Origin: Candidatus Doudnabacteria bacterium
GTDB taxonomy: Bacteria > Patescibacteriota > Doudnabacteria > UBA920
Length of the DNA: 64,000 nt
Reading direction: 5' to 3'
Assembly: GCA_963768175.1 (NCBI GenBank)
Contig: CAVYGQ010000001.1
Location: 638,305 to 702,304, forward strand
Both the position numbers and the translations under genes were made by a program. Of this stretch, positions 27,453 through 36,974 are shown one piece after another (position 1 is the first letter of the stretch; each line of letters opens with the position of its first letter). Under the pieces are notes generated by a model that searched no databases, had not been told where the DNA came from, and saw only the letters and a list, made by a program, of their open reading frames with translations.

Positions 27453-29405
27453 ATGCAAAACAAAATAGAAAAAACTACTTATCAGGCATTGTTATTCCTG
27501 GCCGGACAGCAAAAACGCAACGGCGGGTTTTTGAACTTAACATCGGCTGACAAAAACGGGTTCGGAAACGCCAAAACTTACCCAACCACTTTTTTTACGG
27601 CCAATATTTTAAATTGCTTAAACTCGCTGCCCGGTTCATCGCTTGCAGACTCGGTCAGGAAAAAAGCCGCCAGATTTTTGTTGTTTGAAAAAGGTAAGTT
27701 CTGGTCGTTCAATTACTGGCAACGCAATTCCGCGGAAGCAAAACTTATGCCTTATCCCGATGACCTGGACGATACCGCCTGCGCGCTGGCGGCTTTGGCG
27801 GACTTTAATCCAAAGCTCATTACAGGCAAAGCTCTGTCCAATGTTGTCAAAATTCTGACTGCTGCGGAAACAAAACCCGGCGGACCCTATAAGACCTGGC
27901 TGACGGATGGAAAAGCCAAAAAAGTCTGGCAGGACGTGGACCTTGCGGTAAACGCTAATATCGCGCATTTTCTGTCCATGCAAAAAACCGAACTGCCAAA
28001 TTTAACAGGACTTTTCGATAACGCGATCAAAGCTAACAAATTTGAATCTTCCTATTACCCCGATATTTTTCCGGTTGTTTATTTTATTTCACGTAACTAC
28101 AAAGGGTGTCAAAACAAAAGACTATCCAGTTATTTGCGATCCAGACGCCTGCCAAATTTTTCCTGGGGCAATCCGTTAAACACGGCGTTGGCTGTTTCTT
28201 CCCTAGTAAATTTAGGCTTCCATAAATCTCACGAGTTGGAAAAAAGTATCGGGTACCTGCTTGATAATTTTAATGGTAAATCCTGGCAAACCAACGCTTT
28301 CTGTCTTGACCCTGCCCGTAAAGGCCGGGCGCATTTTGCCGGTTCGCCAGCCCTGACAACGGCTTTCTGCCTTGAGGCAATGCATAAATATTTATTTTTA
28401 CAAAAACAATCTCATCGACAAGCAGTAACAGGGAGGGTGTTTAGCCCGCAGGAAGGCATACTTTATCGGAAAGTCGTCAGTCTGGCAAAAAATAGATTCT
28501 CCGCCCTATCGCCTGAAGTCAAAAATTCCGCGCTACAAATTTTTGAACAGACCATTGCAAAAGATACTGACCGACAGATTATACTTTTGCCTTTTTGGTT
28601 CAGGCAGGCTATGGGAGAAAATGGAAAACCCGTTACGGACGAACAAATCGCCGATTTAGGCCTGGCAAACTTATATGGCTGGATTGCTTACAGTATTTAT
28701 GACGATTTTTTTGATGGCGAGGGTAAAATAGAACTCCTGCCAGCAGCCAACATTAGCCTCAGGGAAGTGACAACTTTTTACTCGCAACTGCTGGGACATA
28801 ACAAAGATAACTATAAAATTGTCCAAAGAATTTTAGATAACATTGAAGCCGCAAACGCATGGGAAAGCCGCCATTGCAGGGGCGAGGCCGCAAATGGTCG
28901 GCTGGTGGTTCCCAAACATTTGCCGGATTTTAAGAACTTGCGGCAACTGGCGGACAAAAGTCTTGGCCACGCCTTGGGGCCAATCGCAATTTTAATACTG
29001 CTGAATTTTAAACACAACTCCCGGCAAATCAAAAACCTCATTTCATTTTTTACCCACTATCTCATTGCCCGCCAGCTGAATGACGATGCGCACGACTGGC
29101 TGGAAGATTTGCGTGCGGGCAGAATCAACAGCATTGGCGTGGAGGTGCTGGCGAACTTTGACAAAAAAACTTTTAATTTCCAGCGCGACGAACGAAAACT
29201 GCAAAAGCTGTTCTGGAATGAGGTACTGCCGCATGTTGCGCAAAACATTTTTAAACACACTAAATTAGCCAGGCTGGCATTAGCACATATTGGAATTATT
29301 GAGAAACCGGATTCGCTTTTGAACCTGCTGAACAGACCGGAAGCGGCCGCCAGACAGGCATTGGAAGAAGCTAAAAAGATGCGGGATTTTTTATCAAGCT
29401 ATTGA
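27453..29405 (+). CDS. Terpene-cyclase/prenyltransferase-like protein with two motif sets: class-II-like DxDDTA and class-I-like DDxxD plus NDxxHxxxE
   Basis: 650 aa. YPDDLDDTACALAAL resembles the class II terpene-cyclase DxDDTAxxxxAL motif. An N-terminal QW-like repeat is present (LAGQQKRNGGF). In the C-terminal half, DDFFD and NDDAHDWLE lie about 140 aa apart, as DDxxD and NSE/DTE do in class I terpene synthases or as FARM and SARM do in prenyl synthases. Assignment is by motif only. Confidence 0.4.
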   Translation: MQNKIEKTTYQALLFLAGQQKRNGGFLNLTSADKNGFGNAKTYPTTFFTANILNCLNSLPGSSLADSVRKKAARFLLFEKGKFWSFNYWQRNSAEAKLMPYPDDLDDTACALAALADFNPKLITGKALSNVVKILTAAETKPGGPYKTWLTDGKAKKVWQDVDLAVNANIAHFLSMQKTELPNLTGLFDNAIKANKFESSYYPDIFPVVYFISRNYKGCQNKRLSSYLRSRRLPNFSWGNPLNTALAVSSLVNLGFHKSHELEKSIGYLLDNFNGKSWQTNAFCLDPARKGRAHFAGSPALTTAFCLEAMHKYLFLQKQSHRQAVTGRVFSPQEGILYRKVVSLAKNRFSALSPEVKNSALQIFEQTIAKDTDRQIILLPFWFRQAMGENGKPVTDEQIADLGLANLYGWIAYSIYDDFFDGEGKIELLPAANISLREVTTFYSQLLGHNKDNYKIVQRILDNIEAANAWESRHCRGEAANGRLVVPKHLPDFKNLRQLADKSLGHALGPIAILILLNFKHNSRQIKNLISFFTHYLIARQLNDDAHDWLEDLRAGRINSIGVEVLANFDKKTFNFQRDERKLQKLFWNEVLPHVAQNIFKHTKLARLALAHIGIIEKPDSLLNLLNRPEAAARQALEEAKKMRDFLSSY

Positions 29406-29436
29406 CCACAGATTAAACAAAAAGGAGGAACAGGAG

Positions 29437-29553
29437 ATGAGATTGCTGTTATTCTTAATTCTCTTAGCCGGTGAAGGGTTGAGAAGCCTGTTCAGGCCAT
29501 ATCACCCTCCGCCAAAGCACCAGCGCCGCTGGGCATTCTTCGACATAGACTGA
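29437..29553 (+). CDS. Small ORF (38 aa) with a strong ribosome-binding site directly after the terpene-cyclase-like gene
   Basis: aaaggaggaacaggagATG. MRLLLFLILLAGEGLRSLFRPYHPPPKHQRRWAFFDID. Followed by the hairpin gccgcgggtaa...ttacccgcggc. Confidence 0.3.
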   Translation: MRLLLFLILLAGEGLRSLFRPYHPPPKHQRRWAFFDID

Positions 29554-29624
29554 AGAGCAACCAGAAAAGCCGCGGGTAATTGGTTTTTACCCGCGGCTGT
29601 CTTTCTATTGCCAAAATTTAATTT

Positions 29625-30575
29625 TTACAAAATCCAGTTAAACAGATAACCTGTGAACATAATGCCGAGTCCTACAATACCGGCAAAAATTAAGATGAGT
29701 TTGACTTTCATTACCTTCTTTAAAATCATAAACTCTGGCAGGGACAGGGCGGTAACTGACATCATAAAGGCCAGAGCGGTTCCCATGCTAACACCTTTTT
29801 CCGTCAAAACGCCGACTAAGGGAATAACGCCCGCGGCATTGGAATAAAGCGGGATACCCACCAGTACGGCCAAAGGCACGGCATACCAGCTGCCCCTGCC
29901 CGCGTATCGGGCTAACAGGTCAGTGGGAATATAGCCGTGGATAAAGGCTCCGATGCCTATACCAATTATAATATATAACCAAACTTTCTTTACAATGTCC
30001 CTGGTATAGCCCAAAGCGTAATCTATGCGATTCTGCCAGTCCATTTGCGGCAAGGCTGTTTGTTGTCCCTGCCCTGCCTGGAGCACGAATGGTTCAAGCA
30101 GGCTTTCAACGTTCATTTTGCCGATCACAATGCCGGACAGGATTGATATAACAAGACCGCTGAAAATGTAAATTAAGGCTATCTTCCAGCCAAACAAACC
30201 AAACAGTAATACTAAAGCAACCTCGTTAATCATCGGCGAAGCCACCAGAAAAGAAAAGGTTACTCCAAGCGGCACCCCGGCCTGGACAAAGCCCAGGAAT
30301 AATGGAACGGCGCTACAGGAACAAAAGGGGGTAATAATGCCCAGCAGCGAGGCCAGCACGTTGCCGGTATATTTTCCTTTGCCGGAAAGGATAAAGCGGA
30401 TCTTCTCCGGCGGTAGGAACGAGCGGATAATGGAAACGGCAAAGACAATCACCGTCAGTAGCAGTAATATTTTGACGGTATCGTAAATGAAAAAGTTGAC
30501 TGTACCGCCAAGTTTGGAATGTTGGTTTAAGTGAAATAAGCTAAAAGTCAGCCAGTCAATGAATTTGGAAAGCAT
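29625..30575 (-). CDS. Two-Cys-motif permease (YraQ/DUF318-like)
   Basis: 316 aa, multi-TM, CSCSAVPLF motif. Typically partnered with a thioredoxin-fold protein and ArsR. Confidence 0.65.
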   Translation of the reverse strand: MLSKFIDWLTFSLFHLNQHSKLGGTVNFFIYDTVKILLLLTVIVFAVSIIRSFLPPEKIRFILSGKGKYTGNVLASLLGIITPFCSCSAVPLFLGFVQAGVPLGVTFSFLVASPMINEVALVLLFGLFGWKIALIYIFSGLVISILSGIVIGKMNVESLLEPFVLQAGQGQQTALPQMDWQNRIDYALGYTRDIVKKVWLYIIIGIGIGAFIHGYIPTDLLARYAGRGSWYAVPLAVLVGIPLYSNAAGVIPLVGVLTEKGVSMGTALAFMMSVTALSLPEFMILKKVMKVKLILIFAGIVGLGIMFTGYLFNWIL

Positions 30576-30581
30576 ATTATT

Positions 30582-30836
30582 TTAAAGATTTTTACTGATG
30601 GCTTTTTTGATTTCTTCCACATTTGGCACGTAACCCACCAGGGCGACTTTGCCGTTTACGGTCAACACCGGACTGGACATAAGGCCCAGTTTTAAGATCT
30701 CATGCATGTCGGTTATATAGCCGACTTCGCCGCCAAGCCCCATCTCCTTTGCCGCGGTCTTGGTTATTTCCAAAAGTCTCTTGCAAGTGGGACAGCCCGC
30801 GCCTAAAACCTGCAACTTTGGTGCGTTATTCTCCAT
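30582..30836 (-). CDS. Thioredoxin-fold redox-active protein (CxxC)
   Basis: 84 aa with GCPTC. Confidence 0.65.
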   Translation of the reverse strand: MENNAPKLQVLGAGCPTCKRLLEITKTAAKEMGLGGEVGYITDMHEILKLGLMSSPVLTVNGKVALVGYVPNVEEIKKAISKNL

Positions 30837-31143
30837 AGGATCGTAAGAAGTTATTTAAAAGCAGATTAAACTTACCCATTCCTTTTTTATTGATGGAATA
30901 GAGAACATTCAGGCCTTCCTTGCGGGAGTTAAGTAGACCAGCGTCCTTGAGTACTTTAAGATGGTGGGAAGCCAGGTTCTGGGGAAGGCCGACATCCTGC
31001 CAGATGTCGCAGACGCAGCGTTCTCCCTTCTTAAGGATACAGAGAATCTTCAGGCGGTTGTCCTCGGCAATTACCTTTAAAAGGCCAGCTGTCTGGCCAA
31101 CTTGGCTTAGAATTTTATTGTCTATACAGCACTTGGGCTTCAT
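30826..31143 (-). CDS. ArsR/SmtB-family metalloregulatory transcriptional repressor
   Basis: CVCDIWQDVGLPQNLASHHLKVLKDAGLL is the HTH with a metal-binding Cys pair. Confidence 0.8.
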   Translation of the reverse strand: MKPKCCIDNKILSQVGQTAGLLKVIAEDNRLKILCILKKGERCVCDIWQDVGLPQNLASHHLKVLKDAGLLNSRKEGLNVLYSINKKGMGKFNLLLNNFLRSYGE

Positions 31144-31216
31144 ACTATATCAATTTATATTGATATAGTAGCAAAAAATTAAAAAGGTTGCAAGCAACCG
31201 CAACCTTTCCTATATG

Positions 31217-31882
31217 TTATATTTTATAGCCCCGTCCGGAGACTGTTTCTATCAATTTATTTTTCCCGTTTATGCTAATTTTGCGGCGTAAGCTCAAAAT
31301 ATGGGACTCAATGGTTTTGGAAAAAGGGTCGGCCTCGTTATCCCAAACGTGCTCGTTTATCATGCCGCGGGAGAGCACGTCTCCCTTGTAATGCATGAGG
31401 AGTTCAAGGAGCATAAACTCTTTTCTGGTTAAATGGATTTCCTTGCCGCCCCTGGCCACGACGTGGGTTTTTGTATTAAGTTTCAAATCATCTACGGAAA
31501 GAACTTCGGCTTCAATTTTATTCGGCCGACGGAGCAAAGCCCTAATGCGGGCCATTAACTCCTTGAATGAAAAAGGCTTGTTTAAATAATCATCAGCTCC
31601 GCCATCCAGAAGTTTAACCTTCAAATCAGTTTCCGACTCAATGGACAATATTAACACCGGAACGGTTTTGCCTTTGGCTCTGATGTCGGCTAAAACTTCC
31701 TGCCCATTCTTTTTTGGCAGGGACACGTCCAGGATTATCAAATCATAATCGTTACTGCGCGCCATAGAAGATCCTTCCTCTCCATCAGTCGCGACGTCCA
31801 CGGCAAAGAGCTCGGTCTCCAGACCGTTTTTAAGAACTTTTGATATGGACTCATCATCTTCTACCAGTAAAATTTTCATCAA
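31217..31882 (-). CDS. OmpR/PhoB-family response regulator
   Basis: Receiver domain (LLVEDDESI...ILDVSLP...K) followed by a winged-helix domain (LTRKEFMLLELL...SGRGYKI). Confidence 0.85.
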   Translation of the reverse strand: MMKILLVEDDESISKVLKNGLETELFAVDVATDGEEGSSMARSNDYDLIILDVSLPKKNGQEVLADIRAKGKTVPVLILSIESETDLKVKLLDGGADDYLNKPFSFKELMARIRALLRRPNKIEAEVLSVDDLKLNTKTHVVARGGKEIHLTRKEFMLLELLMHYKGDVLSRGMINEHVWDNEADPFSKTIESHILSLRRKISINGKNKLIETVSGRGYKI

Positions 31883-32357
31883 AAAAATATCCCTTCAGTT
31901 AAATTTTAACACAAAGCATCGCTTTTCACAATCTTTTATGGCTTATGTAAAGAAAAAACTTTGAAAAAATTTTACCAAATCTTTGACGAAAATTTAACAG
32001 CCCTGGTTTATAATGGAATCGGAAACAAAAAGAAAAATTCGCCTCTGCCGGCTTAAAGGCTTATAGGCGAATTTTTAAGTTATCCACTTCACCGCGTTTG
32101 ACTTCTTCCAGACGCCGCTCTAATGTAAGGTGAAATGTAAGGTTAAAACCGCATTATTACCTTGAAAACTTAAAGCTTACATCCGTTGCCCGCAAGGGTC
32201 ACCCATCAGGGTTGAGACAAACGACGGCTTTGTAGTATAATGGTGGCTGTGAGAGCTTCATGGCTCTTTCCACGCCCTATGTCCGCCGCAAGGCGGGCGC
32301 AGGAACGTACTCAAAACCTCCCGTTGATTTGTCTCGGCGGCGAGGTTTTGTGATTTT

Positions 32358-33455
32358 ATGGATCCAATTCAGACACATCATTATTTCAGACAAATCAGCC
32401 AGGAATTTCTGGTGTATTGCCAGTTTGGAAAAGAAACGCCGGTCGCTAAAACAACCCTGATAGGCTACGGGCGCGGGATGAAGTTGATGAATAAAATATT
32501 TGGCGACAAGCCGATAGAAGAACTGGATAGCAACGATGTACTACTTTTGAGAAAATCCATTTTGGAACGCGGCTGTACTTTAAGCTATCTGCATAGAATC
32601 CTGAGCATGCTTCGCTCCGTCCTCCGCTATTGCCGCGAAGAAAGGGATATGGAAATATTGCCACCGGAAAAAATCAAACTGCCTAAAATAAAATGGCGGG
32701 ACGTGGAGTTCTACAGCGTCAGCCAGGTGGAAAAAATTATTTCCGAGATTCAGACCATGACGATCCACGGCATCCGTCTGATGGCGGTAGTGGCCGGTTT
32801 CCTGGACAGCGGCATGCGCATCTCGGAGCTTCTTTCCCTGGACCGCGCCAGCATAGATTACGGGGACGGCAGCGCTTACATAATTGGCAAAGGCGGCAAA
32901 CAAAGGAAAGTCTTTTTCAGATCATGGTCAATGGACTGGATGCAAAAATATCTGGCACAGCGAACTGACAATAATCCAGCGATGTTCGTGGTTCACCACG
33001 CAGGCTACGAGTTAGTCAGATTAAGGCCGGAAGACGTCCGGAAAATGCTGCGGAGGATATCCAAAACCGTGGGCTTTGGGATAAGACCGCATGCCTTAAG
33101 AAGAACTTTTGCCACCCTCCTGCACGGCAATGGCGTGGACATAAGGTTTCTACAAGCCCTGCTTGGCCATTCTTCGGTACAGGTAACGGAGCGTTACGTA
33201 GGCGTCGACCAAGTCATGCTTAAGGCAATGGTTAACACCAGAATGAACTACGGCCTGGCTGAAGCGGTCACATCCAACCTGGCAGCTATCCGCTGGGCCA
33301 AGGGATATGATCAGTGCATAGAGTGTGGACAAACCAGGCGGCCCCACCTTGCCAGAGGCTATTGCGACAGCTGCTACATGAACGCTAGGAACCATCAGGA
33401 GCTCAATAAACACGGGGTTTTGACGCTACAGGGAGTTGCGTTACAGCCAGCCTAA
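32358..33455 (+). CDS. Tyrosine integrase with a C-terminal zinc-ribbon extension
   Basis: HALRRTFATLLHGNGVDIRFLQALLGHSSVQVTERYVGV (R, H-x-x-R, Y). C-terminal CIECG...CDSCY. Confidence 0.85.
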   Translation: MDPIQTHHYFRQISQEFLVYCQFGKETPVAKTTLIGYGRGMKLMNKIFGDKPIEELDSNDVLLLRKSILERGCTLSYLHRILSMLRSVLRYCREERDMEILPPEKIKLPKIKWRDVEFYSVSQVEKIISEIQTMTIHGIRLMAVVAGFLDSGMRISELLSLDRASIDYGDGSAYIIGKGGKQRKVFFRSWSMDWMQKYLAQRTDNNPAMFVVHHAGYELVRLRPEDVRKMLRRISKTVGFGIRPHALRRTFATLLHGNGVDIRFLQALLGHSSVQVTERYVGVDQVMLKAMVNTRMNYGLAEAVTSNLAAIRWAKGYDQCIECGQTRRPHLARGYCDSCYMNARNHQELNKHGVLTLQGVALQPA

Positions 33456-33479
33456 AATAAAACTTGCAATATTCGGGAC

Positions 33480-33752
33480 TTGGCGTATAATAGGTTTATG
33501 AACTACCCAAAGGAAATCAGAAACAAGGCTATAGTAATCCTTAGAAAACTTGATCCGGAAACCTACAAATACAAGATACTGGGCGAACTAATGCCAGCCA
33601 AAATAGGCTCAGAATACAGGCCTATGCACCCCTCTACTGTTGAGGAAATCTACAAACGCGACATGGATAAGTACGACTTATTACCGACTTCCAAAGCCCT
33701 AAAACAGGCCGATAAAGACATGGCTAGGGCAGGACGAAAGGCAAGACAGTAG
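33480..33752 (+). CDS. Hypothetical protein
   Basis: 90-aa ORF. Confidence 0.3.
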   Translation: MAYNRFMNYPKEIRNKAIVILRKLDPETYKYKILGELMPAKIGSEYRPMHPSTVEEIYKRDMDKYDLLPTSKALKQADKDMARAGRKARQ

Positions 33753-33905
33753 AATAATTTTCTGGAGTTGAAAGAAAATAACGCTTGACTTTTTTCGGGA
33801 GTTGGAATAAGATGACCTTGTAAGCTGTTTAACAACAAAAGTTTGAATAAGTTTTAACAGACTTTTACTTATCAGATTCATTGGGTTTTTATGGCAGATG
33901 TTCCA

Positions 33906-33930
33906 GAGTCCGATCCCCGCCGGACCCACC
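33906..33930 (+). other. Degenerate copy of the tRNA-Lys 3' end (candidate attR-like remnant)
   Basis: gtccgatccccgccggacccacca matches gttcgatccccggccgtcccacca at 20 of 24 positions. No matching 5' acceptor strand, so it is not a tRNA gene. Confidence 0.3.
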
Positions 33931-34131
33931 AAAATTAAAAGTCCAAGATGCTTGGACTTTTAATTTTGTCCCGACCTATTCGACTTCGCTCAAGGTCGCC
34001 CTGAGTTTTTGCCGAATGGGCGAGCGAGTTCTGCGCAGCAGAACGAGTCGAGGGGCATTTAAACTTCTAAAATTAAACTTTGGGCACTTTTTAAGATAGT
34101 GCTATAATTAAGGCAATTAACATAAACTCCA

Positions 34132-34482
34132 ATGAAAAAAATTTTGCTATTAGTGTCAGTTATCGCCCTTTTAGCCGCCGGATGCGGCTCGTCCCAACCG
34201 GCTCCGGCCAGCCAGCAGCCAACTAAAGTCCCGGCAAACAGTACAGGCAACTACGGCAGTTCGGCCCCAACACAAACGGCAAATCCTGCCGGCTCAACCT
34301 GGCAAGGCACATTGGAACTATCCGATAACGCCGCCAGCGGAAACTACACAATTATGGTAAGCGGACATAAAATCTATTTAAAAACCAACCGCGACTACAG
34401 CAGCCTTGTAGGCAAGCAGGTTAACGTAAGCTACACCGGCAGCCTGACAAGTTTCGTGCTTAATGATATAACGGCACAATAA
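34132..34482 (+). CDS. Small lipoprotein
   Basis: MKKILLLVSVIALLAAGCGSSQ is a lipobox. 116 aa. Confidence 0.5.
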   Translation: MKKILLLVSVIALLAAGCGSSQPAPASQQPTKVPANSTGNYGSSAPTQTANPAGSTWQGTLELSDNAASGNYTIMVSGHKIYLKTNRDYSSLVGKQVNVSYTGSLTSFVLNDITAQ

Positions 34483-34625
34483 ACTCGAAATTCTAATATC
34501 GAAATACGAAACAATATCTAAATTCAAATACTTAATATTGAAGCGGGGACGGCCTGAGTTTTGAATTTATAATTTAGATATTTAAATTTGTTTTGAATTT
34601 CGGGCTTCGTGTTTCGAATTTTTTT
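34480..34625. repeat. Long AT-rich imperfect inverted repeat containing cgaaatacgaaac motifs; a related copy lies at 38572-38640
   Basis: ctcgaaattctaatatcgaaatacgaaacaatatctaaattcaaatac...gttttgaatttataatttagatatt...gtttcgaatttt. Confidence 0.45.
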
Positions 34626-34630
34626 TATTT

Positions 34631-35584
34631 ATGCTTTTAGAAACTTTCGATAAATTTAACGACTTTGAATTACTTGACAGCGGCTTGGGGTACCGTCTGG
34701 AACGTTGGGGAAATGCCGTGCTGCAAAGGCCGGACCCGCAAATTATTTGGCAACGCTCCCTGCCTAACAAAGAATGGGAAAAAGCTGCTGCGATATTCAG
34801 CTCACCCTCAGGCAGCGACAAAGGCCGATGGGAAGTCCAAAAACCCCTTCCCAACCCTTGGATTATAAAATTTAGGGATGTTAACTTTCTGCTTAAGCTC
34901 TCCCCCTTTAAGCACACGGGGCTATTTGCCGAACAAGCGGCGCAATGGGAATGGATGTTGACTAGAATTTCGAATTCTGAATCTGGAATGTCTAATGGAA
35001 ACAAAATTCAAAATTCTAAATTCAAAATTCTAAATTTATTTGCCTACACCGGCGGAGCAACCATGGTTTTAGTCAAAGCCGGATGCCAGGTAACGCATGT
35101 GGATGCCAGCAAACCCGCCATTACCTGGGCCAATGAAAACTATAAATTGAATTTTGGAAACCAATCTCCGCCCCTCGACTATGCTCGGAGCGAACATTTC
35201 CCTAAGGGAAATGTTCGCTGGATTTTGGACGATGCGGCTAAATTTGTAAAGCGCGAGTTAAAAAGAGGCGCAAAATATGACGGCATAATAATGGATCCGC
35301 CGGCCTTTGGCCACTCCCCTACGGGCAAAACCTGGAAATTTAATGATGATTTGCCCGGATTGCTTGCCGATTGCGTCCAACTATTATCGGCTGGCGCAAA
35401 ATTCCTGGTTGTCAACGGCTACGCCACCAACTCTTCGGCTCTGGCGCTGAACAATTTATTGGAAGACGCCGTAAAATCCAACCCAGGATCCGCCAGCTGG
35501 CGGATTGAATTTGGGGAACTGTGCTTAAAACAAAAAAATAACCAACTCATTTCAACCGGCATATTTGCGCGCTGGTCTAACTAA
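34631..35584 (+). CDS. Class I SAM-dependent RNA methyltransferase (RlmI/RlmK-like)
   Basis: VLNLFAYTGGATMV is motif I and IIMDPPAFG is motif IV (DPPxF). An N-terminal PUA-like region is present. A low-complexity insertion (RISNSESGMSNGNKIQNSKFKI) is encoded by AT-rich repeats. Confidence 0.65.
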   Translation: MLLETFDKFNDFELLDSGLGYRLERWGNAVLQRPDPQIIWQRSLPNKEWEKAAAIFSSPSGSDKGRWEVQKPLPNPWIIKFRDVNFLLKLSPFKHTGLFAEQAAQWEWMLTRISNSESGMSNGNKIQNSKFKILNLFAYTGGATMVLVKAGCQVTHVDASKPAITWANENYKLNFGNQSPPLDYARSEHFPKGNVRWILDDAAKFVKRELKRGAKYDGIIMDPPAFGHSPTGKTWKFNDDLPGLLADCVQLLSAGAKFLVVNGYATNSSALALNNLLEDAVKSNPGSASWRIEFGELCLKQKNNQLISTGIFARWSN

Positions 35585-35620
35585 CTTTGGCGTCGGCTAT
35601 AATTCGGCTATAATATAGAC

Positions 35621-35662
35621 AAAGGGACTCTTTGCGCAGCGCAAAGAGTCCCTTTGTTGCTT
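35621..35662. terminator. Perfect 42-bp palindrome, a bidirectional terminator between convergent genes
   Basis: caaagggactctttgcgcagcgcaaagagtccctttg. Confidence 0.6.
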
Positions 35663-35747
35663 TCTAAAATCCGGCCCCGACCCGCATAGCGGCGTCGGCG
35701 CAGGCCGAATGATCTCCACCGGAATTTTTAGCAGATGGTCAAAATAA

Positions 35748-36137
35748 TCAATCCCGTTTGTTTGGCTCAAGATACTCCTGTACTTTTTTATAAAGATCAT
35801 CCAAAGTCATACTGCCTTTAACTAGATACTCTTTTATGCCCTGGCTTAAAAGCATTTGCTTAAGTTCCGGTTTGTCCAAATTTGTCAGCACCAGAATGGG
35901 AACATTTTGTAAATGCTTATGGCTTTTTATGTAATCCAGAATTCCGGTGGAGCCGTCTTCTTTTGTCAGCAGCAAATCCAATATGACAATTTCCGGGGTT
36001 ACTTTTGCCAAAATCTCCTTGGCTTGTTCGGGGGTTGCGGCGGTATAAACCTCGGTTTCCCAGGTGGCAAAACGTTCTTTTAAAGTATTTAAAATCAGCT
36101 GGTCATCATCTACCATTAAAATTGTATGTTTGAGCAT
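35748..36137 (-). CDS. Single-domain response regulator (CheY-like receiver)
   Basis: LMVDDDQLI...ILDLLL...K; 129 aa. Confidence 0.8.
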   Translation of the reverse strand: MLKHTILMVDDDQLILNTLKERFATWETEVYTAATPEQAKEILAKVTPEIVILDLLLTKEDGSTGILDYIKSHKHLQNVPILVLTNLDKPELKQMLLSQGIKEYLVKGSMTLDDLYKKVQEYLEPNKRD

Positions 36138-36140
36138 AGG

Positions 36141-36695
36141 TTAGACCTCCGTCGGGTCGGCAATTGAGCGGCCCAAAATTATTAAATAAAGCAAAGGCAA
36201 AATAAGCCAAATAAAATTAGCGGTAGTGGAAATAAATATCAGGCTAATAAGCGGGGAAAATGTCCCAGGACTAGGCGACCAATAACCTAAAATGGTGTTA
36301 ATCAACAGGCCGATTTGTAAAATCGCGAAGGCGAGCGTAAAAATAATGGAGCCAAAATGCCGGCCGTCAGCCGAGGTGCGAAAGGCGTAGCGCGAAAGCA
36401 GCACAAATAAAATTATAAAGATGATAAGGAAACTTACCAGTTGCTGCAGGCCGGAAAGCCCGCTGGGCAGCTGTTGATGGATTGCGGATGTCAGCCATGG
36501 CGCTTGCAGAACCAAAAGCTTGGTAATATACAAACTCATCAGCAGGGCAATAATTCTTCCCCGTCCGGCGGCAAAAGCGTAAAAAACCGAAGCTATAGCC
36601 CAAAACAAAAAAATAAACAAATCCCAGCTGGGGCTGTGCCAATTAAAATTATGCACTAAAATATTGGCTTGATTTATATCTATGCCGGCAAGCAT
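36141..36695 (-). CDS. Hypothetical polytopic membrane protein
   Basis: 184 aa with 4-5 predicted TM helices. Confidence 0.45.
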   Translation of the reverse strand: MLAGIDINQANILVHNFNWHSPSWDLFIFLFWAIASVFYAFAAGRGRIIALLMSLYITKLLVLQAPWLTSAIHQQLPSGLSGLQQLVSFLIIFIILFVLLSRYAFRTSADGRHFGSIIFTLAFAILQIGLLINTILGYWSPSPGTFSPLISLIFISTTANFIWLILPLLYLIILGRSIADPTEV

Positions 36696-36974
36696 TATCT
36701 TGAAGTTTTTTGTTTCAAAAGCAACACTCTTTATTACCTTCCCCCTCTGGGGGAAGGTGTCACCCGCAGGGTGACGGATGAGGGTTTAAAATTGCTATTC
36801 TTCTTATATTATAGCACAAAATCACTTTGCCATCAAAAAAAAGGACTGTCCTTTAACCAGAGAATTTTTAGACAAAGGACTTTCCTTACTTTTATTCTTC
36901 ATCAAATCCATCGCGCGGATCGATATTTCCCGCTCGCTCAACAAACTGCCCAAAGGACAGTCCTTTTCCTGGTA

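Noticed and set aside
32180-32350. tRNA or tmRNA upstream of the second integrase
   Set aside because: Hairpins are present (gtccgccgcaaggcgggc, and caaaacctc...gaggttttg). No cloverleaf and no tmRNA tag-peptide or tRNA-like domain could be built.
33880-33932. A tRNA gene ending ...CCGGACCCACCA
   Set aside because: No complementary 5' acceptor strand, D-arm or anticodon arm within 90 nt upstream. It resembles only the last 24 nt of tRNA-Lys, so it is treated as a possible att remnant, not a gene.
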